Assembly (NCBI GenBank): GCA_025201805.1
Contig: MU619274.1
Span: 129,279-193,278 of the forward strand
From: Parasitella parasitica NRRL 2501
Lineage: Eukaryota > Fungi > Mucoromycota
Length of the DNA: 64,000 nt
Direction of reading: 5' to 3'
Positions 23,776 to 37,090 of this stretch are shown here, piece by piece. The position numbers and the translations under genes are program-made. Below the pieces are notes generated by a model that made no database searches, was not told the origin of the DNA, and saw nothing but the letters and a program-made list of their open reading frames with translations. Position 1 is the first letter of the stretch. Each line of letters begins with the position of its first letter.

Positions 23776-23841
<66 letters not shown>

Positions 23842-23861
23842 NNNNNNNNNNNNNNNNNNNN
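23842..23861. other. Assembly gap (Ns)
   Basis: Run of n. Confidence 0.99.
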
Positions 23862-24574
23862 CAAATACTCAAATTTAATAAAGGATCGGAAGGGTTGGAT
23901 GCAACATTTGATGAATTCGCATCACAACCCTTACAAGTTCTTTTCAAATAACCTTACATTCCGCATGGAAAACAATGTAACAGAATTTCTAGCAGCTTGC
24001 TGATATTCAGTAATATTCAGTTTAACTACGTTGTCATGGCAACCGTTCCTGAACCAGTTCTTATGTTGAATGTTGTTGGTGTTTAGGATGTGAAGGCTGG
24101 ACGATGTAGTTAAGGCTTTATATTCCAAATATGCGCGGAAGTTGCCTTCGAAGATCAAGGATGATCAATTACGAGTGTGTCATATTAAGATTTAATCTGT
24201 CAATGTAGCAGTGTTGATTTGGTATTGTGTTCAACTTGGAAATTCTCTCAATTATGTAAATGACTATCCCTGTTAAGATTTGTGAAGACTTTAAGAAAGG
24301 ATTCAGTGTAATTTGTAATTAATAACTTTTTACTTCCTTATAATTACATGTATTCCAGGGATCCGCATTGATGGGCCCAGAGTAGCCGTTAGAGTCATCA
24401 ACGGCAATGGCATTGGCAAATTTGCCCTTTCAATTTTCCAGGCACGTATTTATCGATGTTGGATAAGAAAGGAGGAGTAAAACACACAAGATTTCATTGG
24501 GCAATGAATTAATTTAATATCTATTCAAATTATACCAATACTTCTTTCTCTCTTCCATTCAACAAACAACAAAA

Positions 24575-26020
24575 ATGACCAAAAGCTGGTCGGGTTATAT
24601 TCCTATAGCTCTACTAATTCTATTTGTTTCGAGTATTCACAGCCATGATAAAGAACAAGTGGAAGGATTTTTTAGTCAAGGCGGACATACCAACAACTGG
24701 GCAGTCTTGGTAAGAAAACGAACGAGTCTACATATGACAAAACAGTTTTAATAGCTGTCGCCTTTTAGGTTTGCACATCTCGCTTTTGGTTCAATTATCG
24801 TCATGTTGCCAACACATTATCCATGTATCGCACAGTAAAGAGATTAGGTATTCCTGATTCCAACATTATACTCATGTTGGCAGACGACGTATCTTGCAAT
24901 CCTCGCAATAAGTATCCCGCCACAGTGTATAACAATGCTAATCGATTGTTGGATTTATACGGTGATAATGTAGAAGTAGACTACAGAGGATATGAAGTGA
25001 CGGTAGAGAATTTCATTCGTATGCTTACTGGTATGTTGTGTATCCAGGGGAGCAAATATTTCGACTGCGTAATTAACACTTGAAGCAAGGTCGTGTCTCA
25101 CCTGATACTCCTCGTTCAAAACGATTATTATCGGATGATAGATCCAATATTTTAGTGTACATGACAGGCCACGGTGGTGATGAATTTCTTAAATTTCAGG
25201 ATGCTGAAGAGATTAGTGCTTACGATTTAGCAGACTCATTCAAGCAAATGTCAGAAAAGAGACGATACAACGAAATTTTGTTTATGATTGATACTTGCCA
25301 AGCGAACACCATGTACAGTAAGATCAATTCTACCAATATTCTTGCTACGGGTAGTAGTGAATTGGATGAGAGCTCTTATTCAGTAAGTATTTTTGTTTTT
25401 TTTTTTTTTTTNNNNNNNNNNNNNNNNNNNNNNNNNNNNNNNNNNNNNNNNNCTGGTCCCATATTGTTTTTTAATGCATGCTCATGTCTTAGCATCATAC
25501 AGACTATGATATTGGCGTAGCCGTTATTGATAGCTTTACGTATTATAATCTGGAGTTTTTGGAGAATGTGGATCAAACCAGTGACAAGACATTGCAGGAA
25601 TTAGTGAGTAACATTGACAAATGGGTGGATGTCAACTCAATTTTCTATTTTCTTTTGGGCTAGTTTGATACTTATGATCCTGCCAAGATTGCATCCCATC
25701 CTGGCATTCGGTCCGATTTATTCAATCGTCCTTTGAATAAAGTCAAGGTGACAGATTTCTTTGGTAATGTTCAAAATGTGGAACTCACGAAAAGTCGATA
25801 CCCGCTGATGCAGCAAGATGATGAGGATACAGTAGATGCATCCTCGTCAAGCGTGTTAATGGCATCGCAAAATACGACGACTAGTCCTGCTAGGGCTGTG
25901 CATTTGCATCATTCATTCTTGGTAGAGAAAAAGACAAATACTCATTACTGGCTACAGTCAGGACTTGGTGTATTGGCTACAGCAGCAATTGTTTATGCTA
26001 CTGTAATGACTCTTGCTTAA
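24575..26020 (+). CDS. GPI8: GPI-anchor transamidase catalytic subunit (C13 peptidase), multi-exon; N gap 25412-25452 lies in an intron
   Basis: Signal peptide, [38 protein letters not shown] and a C-terminal TM helix. Confidence 0.95.
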
Positions 26021-26226
26021 ATCCAATGAATAAATAATAATAAAAAGTTTTATATAATAAGTAATAAAAAAGTTAATTGTCAGTGTATATTATATCATAG
26101 TTGTTGTTGCTAATAGTAAGGTGGTGAGAAGGAGGAGAAGGAGAGAAATCTAAATATACAAATCTATCTATATAGTAATAATAGTTATAGTAATAATAAT
26201 AATACTAGGTTTTTGTTTTGTTTTTT

Positions 26227-28769
26227 TCACATAATATTACATGAACAATATACTGGGCCAGTAGGTTCACGAAGATCCCACTCGCCTTGATGATCATGCT
26301 CATCTGGATATCGTTTTGAAGCCATAGATAACAAGCTGGACATGGCTAGTGTGGTTGGCATTGCAGGCAATGTATATCCCGAATCTAAATCACCCTTTTT
26401 AGCCAAAGCTGCAACGGCTTGAGAATGGTATTCTTCGTCTGTGGCGGTAGTATCACTACCACTACTGAAATCCTGTCGCTGTTGCTGTTGCTGCTGTTGT
26501 GTTGTCTTTTCGTGGTTATCTTCAATATTCTCTCGTTTTCTGTCTTCCCAAATCGATAGATTTCGTTTGATATGTTCTACTGGAAATGAAAGCTCTTTTT
26601 TTTTTTTTTTTTGACGATAATGAGTAGGCAATACCGTCAGTTTTGACAAGTCGTTCTTACCTTGCATGTATTCGCTCACACTTTCAAATAATCCAACCGC
26701 AACAAATCGTATGAATCCAATCTGTGAATCTTCCAGCACAATCTGAGATCTATCATTCATGGGTGCCACATTCAGTCCTAATTCACGTTCCAAATCGCCT
26801 TGCGAGGCAAACTCCTCTACCAATATTTGAGCCCATTCGAACGCCCTTGGAAATGGACGGGCAACATTACTAATATCAGCGCATTTGATTAGACCGCTGC
26901 AAAACAAGAGCCTTTCCTCTAAGCATCTGGGCGCATCCCACTCATCTGGATCGCTGTCTGCCAGGCGTTGCTTTTGTTCCTTGATTTTGGTCACATAATC
27001 GCCGTGCAACGCCATATCGGTTGCCAAAATGCTAGTGATGACTAGCTTTCTGAATTCATTGTATTCCTTGGAGTCTGATCCACCAAGAGTGTCGTTGAAT
27101 TTGTGCTTTTTTAGCAGCTGGAACAAGGTCATTGCATGGAAGCTTTCTAAGACGGAATTGTCGTTGTAAAGTTGAGCGAGAGGAGCTGAAGTGTTGATCT
27201 ATATACAAGCAGATTAGTTTAGGGCATTTAATTTTTTGCTGTTCACACAATTACATACTAGAAATGCATTATTCACGCCAGGATGTGCAGTGTCATGTCC
27301 AATAGCAGCTATAAATAGAGCAAATATGTCTCTTGGTCGTAATATACGGTAAGTTTTTGAATTTGTAATGCGTGGGGTTCCGTCGGCAAATGGTACCAGA
27401 CCCAATTGACATGTAAAGTAATATATACATTGCAGCACATCGACTGCATGAGCAAAGTTATGATATGGGTTTTCATCGTGATAAATGCTAGCTAGATCCA
27501 ATATAAAACTATACAGTTGGTCTGAGGTAAAGGGTTAGTATAGTAACCTTTTCGTGACATGTACAGTCTCACCTTGACTAAATTCAGTTACTTCATTCAG
27601 TAAAAACACTTGCGATATAATGAGGACTGAGCAATGTACAAGGTCATCATGAGATAAACTCAGTGGACTAAAGTCCCAAATAGAAATCTTCTTTCGTAAA
27701 TCAGCTTCATGTTCACTATACAATTGGAAAAAAAAAAAAAAAAAAAAAAAAAAAGGGGATTAATTTCGCTTTCCCATGTGCGCATTAAGGAGTTGTGGTT
27801 GTGTGTAATGTAGAAAAGGAGGGAAAAAATGGGGAGTACCAAGAGAGCCTTACTCTGTTAATTGTTTGCATGTTATTGCCGGCGGCTGTGATGGGATGTA
27901 CGAATCAATGATCGCTTTTGTAAAGCTAGCAGCAGGTTAGAATCAGTTTTCAGCGGTAATAAATGTAATTTACTTTATGTCTCTGGTATTCAATGCCTTG
28001 ATTCGATCTTGGATAAGTTCCGGTAAACAAGCCGAGTTTTTGTTGTTGCTACCACTGGCAGTGCCACAGTGGTGTGCCGTTGTAGGTGTAATGGGAGACA
28101 TGACTGAAGTGATGGTGCTAATGGTACTACTAGATATAAGGTGATCTTGATATAATAGAGACGATTGCTGATGGTGTTGTCTTCGAACGAGCGCCTAATT
28201 TCCACATGTTAATACGTTTACTGGATCACTCTGTTTGCACATACCAAAAACAGGGTTTTTATCACATCAGGTCGTAGCGGTTTTAGCACGTAATCTGCAG
28301 CACCTGCTTGGATACATTCCAGCATGAACTGTGGATCATCTCTTGTCGAATATACTAGCAAAAATATATGAATATCGTGGTTAAATCAGCCGCAGACAGT
28401 AGTATTTACCAATGACAGGCACAGCATCAGACACTTGTTCGATTGTTTGCGATACGAGCTGAATTTGGGCTTGATTCTCCATGGCATCGTCCAATTCCAC
28501 AAGTAATAGCGTTGATGAAGATGGCAGCAGTTTAATGTAGTTTAGGCATGACTCGATACTCGTATCTTTATGGACTTTTTTTTTTTTTTTTGATTTGTTT
28601 TATTGATTTGATTCTATCAGTTTACGTACAAAATATAATTACCATTGCCAAATGATTTTTTCAGGATATTGCTTTCGCTTTCTTCATGGTTGCTAATATT
28701 GTCATGATCCGATATGTAAAACGGATTTGTTTGTTTTAATAAAATGATTGTACATGTTTGTGGATCCAT
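26227..28769 (-). CDS. Class I cyclic-nucleotide phosphodiesterase with N-terminal response-regulator receiver-like domain, multi-exon
   Basis: PDE motifs NPYHNFAHAVDV, AAIGHDTAHPGVNN, ILATDM and IKCADISN. N-terminal exons give LLLVELDD..VPVIVYS..DDPQFMLECIQAGAADYVLKPLR. Confidence 0.88.
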
Positions 28770-29142
28770 TTATAAAATGAAAATAAAAGGGGAAGGGGTT
28801 TTTTTTCGATGCTTGATTTTTTCTTCGTCTTGTAAATCTGGTTGATAATTTATTGCTTCTCGAGATTTATGAAAATTTGACAATCGAAAAAAAAAAAGAA
28901 AAAAAAAAGGCGAGAGGGGGAAAGGGAGTATGCAAAAAAATAAAAAGAAAAGAAAAGGAAAGAAAAAAAAAAGTGAGTGAATAGTTAACAAAATGGTAAG
29001 ACCAAAATAATTTTGTGTACACGGCAGAGAAGGTAGCAGATGGGTGTGGACAGTGTACAGTGAAGAAAAAAGAGGGGTTTCAATAAGGTAAATTCGTTGG
29101 TGGCACTTTTTGCACTGCCCAACAGTAAATAATCTAGACCTC

Positions 29143-29959
29143 CTAGATCTGTGGATGGCTCTCTTTCCTTGTCGATTTGGCATAGTCAATCTGATCCAAC
29201 CACGACTCGATTTTCTTGTCCATACTGAACTGGTATCTTCTTATTAATGGTGATTCAAATGCAGTGAAATAGCTATTCAGCGAAGCATCATCTGCTATGG
29301 TGGGTGGGTCAGTTTGGATGCCTATGGAAATTGCTGGTTTGTTAAGGAGTATATTCAGCTCTTGTTGTAATGATTCCATGTGTTTGCTTGAGACTTCTAA
29401 ATGCGTCTGTAATTTACGATTCTAGCAGTATATATATAACGTTATAAATAAATTTTTAGTCTCTAGCATGGCATGCCATTTATATATACTTGTTGTTTCA
29501 ATTGATACAGATCAAGATCTTTGGTCATGATATCTTCCAAATGGAACAACCGTAGCTTTAAATCAAAATTTTCCTTTTTCAGGTCTGCGATGAGCTGTAG
29601 AGGGAAAACCCCCGTTTTAATTCCACATGGAATGCACTGAACATGTACAATACCTTTTCTACTTCCTTCATGGGTGCTATTTTGGTTTTAACAGGTGGTG
29701 GTGGTGGCTTGTTGATTTCACTGATGCACACAGATCGACTCAATCCAGGCGGTTTCCCCAATTGTGAAGAGTGAAATCGCTTGATATGATGATGATTTGA
29801 AGGATTGCTATAATCTGTATAGCAAGACCGAGGTTTATGCGTAAAGTCGTGTGTTGAAGATGAGGAGCATGTTACTGTGGAATTGGATCCCAAGCATGAA
29901 AAGCTTTTTGATCTACTCTTGATTAGATTTGAATCCAGAGTCAAGTATGCCATTTTCAC
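29143..29959 (-). CDS. Hypothetical Ser-rich/coiled-coil protein, multi-exon
   Basis: ORF segments at 29579-29959 and 29143-29379 can be joined by plausible GT-AG introns. No recognisable domain. Confidence 0.45.
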
Positions 29960-30042
29960 GTATAAAGCAAAAGAAAGGCCAACCCAACATATGGAGAATT
30001 ATATATAGAGCTAATAATATATCCGATTTAAAATATATATAT

Positions 30043-31770
30043 TTATTGTTGATATCTTGAAAATTGCGATGGTTGTTGGGATAAACTGGAGCCGTTATTG
30101 TAGCTATCTGCCAATACACCATCAGGATTGTATGTAAATCCTTTAAACTGCTCTTGTATCGTTTTAGAAATCTGCGATTCTCCTTCTGCAGCAACTGACT
30201 CAACAGGGTTTTCAGAGGTAAACTCGTCGTCAAAATTGGTAGTGTCATACATGTTCTCTACTGATGGCTTGAATGGTGCTTGGACTTTCTTTTCCATTAG
30301 CTTTTGCCAGTTAATGGATCTGAAAAATGGATGGTTCTTAATTTCATCTGTGCCTTGATTGCCTAGACGATCATTAGTATTTCGATTCAACAATCCAGTT
30401 AGGAAACTAGATGCTTCAGGAGACATGTCATCTGGAATCTTTAACTCATCATGAAGAATCTTTCTATACATCTCGTTGGTATCTTCATCATAGAATGGCG
30501 GCAATCCTGTCAGCATCTCGTACAGCAAAACCCCTAATGTCCACCAATCGACGTTTTTTGTATAACCTTGGCCCAACAAAAGTTCAGGTGCTAAATACTC
30601 TGGGGTTCCACAAAAAGTATTCGTTCGCTCGGATTCAGTCATATTTAGTTTACATAAACCAAAATCACACAACGCAATATGGCCGTTGTAGTCGATCAGG
30701 ATGTTTTCGGGTTTAAGATCTCTGCAGTAGTATTGTGTTGGCGTCAAGTGTCTGAAAATTTAGGCTGCTTATTGCGACTTACCGATAAACTACGTTCAAT
30801 CCATGTAAACATTCCAAGGCGCAAAATAATTCAGCTGTATAAAACTTTGCCCTTTCTTCGTTGAACCGTCCTTCTGTCTGTAAATGATGAAACAATTCGC
30901 CTCCGTTAATAAACGCCAATACCAAATACAGCTTGTCAGGACTCTGGAACGCAAATTTGAGTGGTACAATGAATGGGTTTCTCACTTCAGCCAATACAGT
31001 CTTTTCAGCCATCGTATGCGTTACTTCTGAACGTGAGACAATCCGGGACTTTCGCAGAACTTTCATGGCATAGATACGGTTGGTGTCCTTTTTGCGAACC
31101 ACGTACACTTTACCAAAACTGCCTCGTCCAATTACTCGCAACAAGTCAAATGAATCAATACTTATACTGCCGGCTTGAGGTGGTCTGTAACAGAGTTGAA
31201 CGCGCATGTTACCTGTGCCTCCTATAATGTTGAGAATCTGATCATCCAGCCTTGTGGATGTGAAATTGGGTTGGATCTTAACAGCACCTAGGAAATAGTC
31301 GTTGGCTGTTCTGGCAGCAGGAACTCCTCCATTAGCTTGATTTGGCGGCTGTCGTAGATAAATAGAGATTGATACAGCGGATTGACAAGAGACATCGCTA
31401 TAGCAGAATAAGTGAGTTGCGTATGCAAATGGGCTGTGGTAAGTACTTACAAATTGGCTTTGTAGTTGTATATAGGGTTTGACGTGTCACCTCCAAGAGA
31501 ATCAATCAATACCTCATTCTTGTCAAACTCCATCACAACATACGGTAACCACCACATTTGCTTCCTGACAAACGATTCTCTTTTGCTTCGCTGGAGCACA
31601 GGTAGAGGGGCTGTATTGGGCACTTCTGCGCCTGCAGGTAATGTGATGCCTTTTGCTTCCCATAGACAGATGAGTAAAACACCTCCTTTACGTTGCTCTG
31701 TAACTATATATATGTCAGTATGATATGAAAGGGTCTTACCAATATGTGCATCCTTACCCGCAGTGTTCAT
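30043..31770 (-). CDS. YPK1: AGC Ser/Thr kinase of the Ypk1/Gad8 family, multi-exon
   Basis: C2-like LPYVVMEFDKNEV, VIGRGSFGKV, YRDLKPENIL, DFGLCKLNM, TFCGTPEYLAPE and hydrophobic motif FKGFTY. Confidence 0.9.
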
Positions 31771-31989
31771 CGTATCTGCCCACAAGAAAAAAATGTAGAG
31801 TGAGAGGAAAAGAGAAAATGATGAACAATGAAATCGCTTTATACTAAACGGACATAAGGTTCAAAAAAAGGGGGTATATGGCCCAATGAACTCTTATTTA
31901 ATTAATGTATTATTAAACACTAAAATCCCCTCGATCCATATGCTACAATTTATTGAATAATTGATTTATACACCAGTTTTCTCTTTTTC

Positions 31990-32415
31990 CTATCCACCGT
32001 GTAAAGTTGAGATGAACACGATTTCGTCCTTGTCTTGCAATTCATATTCTAATTCATCGTGTATTACCCAATCCACATTATTGATCAAGACCAAAATACC
32101 AGGACGACTGTTTGAATACGAGGTAAATGTATGGCACGGTTGGCAGACAGTAATAATGCTTACACTGTATCCTTTTCAACGAATAAATTTTTATTTTTTT
32201 CTTCAGTCATCATACTATCACGAATGAAGAGGATCAAGTCGTGGAGATTTGAGGGCCTCTCGTCTTCTTGCTTGGCAGGAAATTGGATCTTATGCTTGCT
32301 GACATTCTGAAACAAGAGTTCCATACCTCCACTATACACTTGCGTCATTGATTAGTGCTTTATTTAATGTTCTAAACCATTACCTGAATTGTAGTTTGAT
32401 AGTTATTTCTGACAT
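31990..32415 (-). CDS. URM1: Ubiquitin-related modifier 1, two introns
   Basis: FSGGMELLF...[14 protein letters not shown]...FISTLHGG*. Confidence 0.93.
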
Positions 32416-34107
32416 ATTGCTGATGAGAAGAGGAAAAGGATTTGAAAATTTTTTTGCAGGCTGTTGAATTAAGTTCAATCAGCGATTTTGTTGAATTTCA
32501 ATGTATAAAGTTTCATGATGAATATGAGCCTATGTTTAGATTTACTTGTAATAATATAAATCCATAAAGGAGCTCATGTTTTTTACGATGATATAAGTTT
32601 CGCTGCTTATATTTTGTAATTGTCTTCAGGCCAACCATAACCTGAAGAAACAAAAAGCGAGGTTAGTATCATATATTCAGCTGCATTAACGTCTCGTGTT
32701 GCCAATTTGTATAACATTTGAAGTTTGGATGTGTCTCCGGATATCAACAATTCGTTTAAACGATACGACCAAAAGATTATCAGCAGCCTATCTTTTTTTC
32801 AAGCAGGAGACCCTACAGCGTTAATCTTTTGGCTTATCCAAGCATTCGATTTTCAAATACGAGAGGGGAACTTGCATCTACTTGGGTTTGTAAACTTGTA
32901 GGCTTTCGCTTTTTTCTTCTAAATAAAGGTACCTTTTAATAGCATATAAATTACTTTCTATACTCTTCCCATTTCTCTCGATTATTCGCTCAAGATATAC
33001 TAAAGGAATTTATCTACATTTTTGGCGGCAGAGGACAGAGTAACAAGTGTTACTTTTGGATCAACCAAGCCTTTAGACAGATTAATCATCGCTCTAATGA
33101 AATAGTGTTAAATAACCTTTTAGGATAAAAAAACTTTTTCGTATTTGTTTGCTAACTGTTGGGTAGTGCTCATATTTTCATAGTCAATGGGGGGGGGAGG
33201 TTAATTCGCTTTAGGTTTAATGAATCAACAACAAAAGCTTTTGCAGCCTTCCACAACTCGAATACAGTCAATGACGACTGATCATTTTTAACAACCCTCA
33301 GTATTATCGGCATTTTCATATATGAACTCAATTGACAAAATTGCAAACTGCTTCTGTTCAAAAAATAGCCCTACTTGTCGCTATAAAGGATACGACCTCT
33401 CGACAAGTAAGACTAGATTTTGATTATGTACTTGACGACTTTTCACGGCACAGGTCATCATTATTATTCGGCGCTATTCTTTTCCTTGAAATATATGTGA
33501 TCTTTGAGGAGATGTAACTCAGGATGATAGAATAAACAAGACGGGCATGCAAAGCGGAACATAATAGTCTAATGGGGTTGACTATGAAAAACTTTCGTTT
33601 AGATGAAGTCGAGATTGCCGAATCATTGTACACTACGCAAAATTTAAGCAGGAAAAGTTGATGTTGCAGAAGAAGATGTGGCCTGAGCATCACTGCTCGA
33701 ACTAAGGTGGCAGGTAAAACAATTGTGACCCAACAAAATAACCAGATATGACACCTACATTGATCAGCGAGTCATTAAAATATGCTGAAGCAATGTTCCA
33801 GAAAAAGGAGCAACAGACATGTGCAGCCAGGGCGCAAAGATTTTAGGCTTCAAATTAAAGATACTATTGACATAAAAAAGAAATACCAGCTTAGAATTTA
33901 TAACCCAATTATAATATATAGAAGTTAATGCTTAGGAAACTGCAGTAGTTGTTTATAAATTATTACTTTTACATTGCATATGCTTATCGTTAAAGTGCAG
34001 TGCAAAAAGGAACGGAGCTGGGTTTGAAACACCTACATCAAGTCTGGTCCAAGTTTCTTCTATTTTGCCATTTTCAGAAGTAAAATATTCTCTGAAGAAT
34101 ATTTGTA

Positions 34108-34976
34108 GCCCCAAATGCATATTTAACACCCGAAAGTATAATAACACAGAATATGGTGTCGGTTATGCTTGATTCAGTTGTAAAATTTATTTTCTGATTT
34201 TAACGAAAAATTGCATCGGTATTTTTGATAAAGTGGGTTTTCAGTATATTACAAGATCTTCAAAAATTTGGCTTGCATCCTTTAAATAAACACTACCATT
34301 GTGTAGAGACCATATCTAGAAACAAATACTTTAAATATATACCTTAATAAAAAGTCTTGTTTTTGGGTTCAAAAATTGAATTTTGTCAAAAACAAATTTT
34401 TAGACGAGGTACTATAAGGCCAAAATTGAGTTGAAAAAAAAAATTCCCAAAAAGCTGCCAATTTGCACCAAAATGAATCAATTGATCAACTAAAACTGTT
34501 TGGGACGTTTTTGAACCGCCTGGAAACGGTGGACCTGATAAAAGTGGCATTTAAAAGTACTAATTTTTGATTTCTTCATTATTTCAATAGTATTTACTTT
34601 GATTAAGCATTAATTTGGCAGACAAAGCCAAACATTTTTAATTGATCAAATGGACCCATTTTGGTGCAAATTGGCAGCTTTTCGGGAACTTTTTTTTTTC
34701 AAGAATTTTTTACTAAGATTCAATTTATGAACCAAAAAATGAGACTTTTTACTAAGGTTTATATCAACATTATCTGTTCCTAGATGCTGTCTCTATACAA
34801 TGATAATGTTTATTTGGAGGATGTAAGCCTACTTGGTTGACTTTTCTTTATTAAACTGAAACCCAACACTATCTAAAATATTGATGTAATTTTTCAAACT
34901 TTACAATTGAATAAGACATGATTGACTCCATGTTTTGTGTTATTGCATTTCTAGGTATCAAATATACATTTGGGGC
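34108..34976. mobile_element. Non-autonomous foldback/MITE-like element with long imperfect inverted arms
   Basis: Left arm GCCCCAAATGCATATTT...AAAAGCTGCCAATTTGCACCAAAATG matches the reverse complement of the right arm CATTTTGGTGCAAATTGGCAGCTTTT...AAATATACATTTGGGGC. No coding capacity. Confidence 0.8.
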
Positions 34977-35613
34977 AATAACTTCTAACGAATGAGAGCG
35001 AGTTTAATAATGAGTAATCCGTCCTAAGGAGCAAAAACACCGTGATCAAAATCATACCTCTACGCCATGTAGTCGTAATACCACAAGAAAAAGCTTCAAA
35101 AGACAAAAGCTCTTAGGTTAAGTTCAAGGTATTCAAATAAGTTAAGAGACATGACATGCTTACACATGTCAAAATTCAGTGGATTTATTAAAACATCTAT
35201 CTTATATAATGCAAATTATTTTATGGCCAGAGTTCACAAAGTACGGTGTATCTATTCCCAGACTCTTTCCAGTATTATTCAACAGATTACATTACCAAGC
35301 ATCTAATTTTTTGACTCCTGATTAAAACTATTCAATCATTTTTAACCAAATGTCAAACCGAACATCCTAAATTTGGTAAATCACCAAAGATGGGACATCC
35401 TTCAGGACAGATAAATGTGACTATTGATCTTGCAATCGAACCCAAGAATGGCAAACAAGTCGAGATGGTAAAGACTAAGATAGGTAGAGACACAAAGATG
35501 GATGGCCCAAGAAAACTGCTTTGCTGCATATATAAGTATGCACCAATTTATAACTTTGGTCTTGTCTCTTTTTATAACTATTCGCAATATTTTAGAGGAA
35601 AATCAAAACAGAA

Positions 35614-37090
35614 ATGTCACCCCCAAGAGATGATCACGATGAAACCAATTTGAAGGGTAATGTCAGCGACATCCCTTGCCAACCACTCAAGTCGCCTTAT
35701 GCTAGTAAACTGGATCCTATGTCAAATGTTGGCAGTTTTAAGATTATCGACACAACGTTGAGAGGTATATAAATGCATATCCATGAAAATGATTTATCAA
35801 GTATCTGTTAACTCACACATTAAATGAATTTTGCAGAAGGTGAACAATTTGCTAATGCATTCTTCGCAACAGAAAAAAAAATCGGTATGCTATATAAGCA
35901 CAATATACAAATATAAAGGCTAATTTACTAAATATATACTTGAAAACACAGAAATCGCCAAAGCTTTGGATGCTATTGGCGTCGATTATCTCGAATTAAC
36001 ATCCCCAGCAGCCTCGGAGCAATCCTTCAATGACTGCAAGGCCATAGCCGCCCTTGGATTAAGAGCAAAAGTCCTCACACACATTCGTTGCCACATGGAG
36101 GATGCTCGTTTAGCGGTTCAAACTGGTGTTGATGGAATCAACGTGGTTATTGGAACATCCTCCTACCTCCGAGAATTCTCTCATGGCAAAACTATGGATT
36201 ACATTACCAAGACGGCTATTGAGGTCATTACTTACATCAAGAGCCAAGGTCTTGAAGTACGTTTCTCTACTGAAGATTCTTTCCGTTCTGACTTGGTCGA
36301 TTTGCTTGCCATTTATAAAACTGTCGATCGAATCGGTGTAGATCGGGTTGGTATTGCTGATACTGTTGGCTGCGCTAATCCGCGCCAAGTTTATGACCTT
36401 GTCAAAACTCTTCGTAGCGTTGTCAAGTGCGATATCGAGTGCCATTTCCACGACGATACAGGCTGTGCTATTGCTAATGCGTATACTGCATTGGAAGCTG
36501 GAGCAACTCATATTGATACTTGTGTCCTCGGCATTGGTGAGCGTAATGGCATCACTGCCCTGGGCGGGTTCTTGGCTCGCATGTATGTTTCTGATCGTGA
36601 TTATGTTCTCGACAAATACAATGTTAAAGCTATTCGTCGAGCGGAAAACATCGTTGCTGAATCTGTTGAAATTGCAGTTCCTTTTAATAACTACATCACT
36701 GGTTATTGTGCTTTTACTCACAAGGCTGGTATCCACGCAAAGGCCATTTTGAATAACCCTTCTACCTATGAAATTTTAAGACCTGAAGATTTCGGTATGT
36801 CTCGTTATGTAAGCATTGGACATCGCTTAACGGGCTGGAATGCTGTCAAGAACAGAATTGAGCAGTTGAAGTTGAATGACTTGACTGACGACGATGCAAA
36901 GAAGATCACCAACAAAATCAAACAATTAGCAGACGCCAGGGTACTCAATCTAGAAGAAGTGGATATTATCTTGCGTGAATACAATAATGCAAAGCTGACA
37001 GATAACTCACATTTGCTTGTGCTTCAAAATTTGGTATCTCATGATCAATTACTTTTATTAAGAGCCGATACTACTGTTATCTCTGTATAA
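35614..37090 (+). CDS. LYS20: Homocitrate synthase (LYS20/LYS21/lys4 family), two introns near the 5' end
   Basis: [54 protein letters not shown] and [12 protein letters not shown]. Confidence 0.93.

Noticed and set aside
5074-32415. RNA-modification cluster (TRM5, RNB, URM1)
   Set aside because: The genes are far apart and interspersed with unrelated housekeeping genes.
32600-33950. Possible transposase or gene remnant
   Set aside because: Only short interrupted ORFs with no motif I can recognise.
35312-35317. Gcn4/CpcA site TGACTC upstream of HCS
   Set aside because: A single hexamer without the full TGACTCA consensus, expected by chance.
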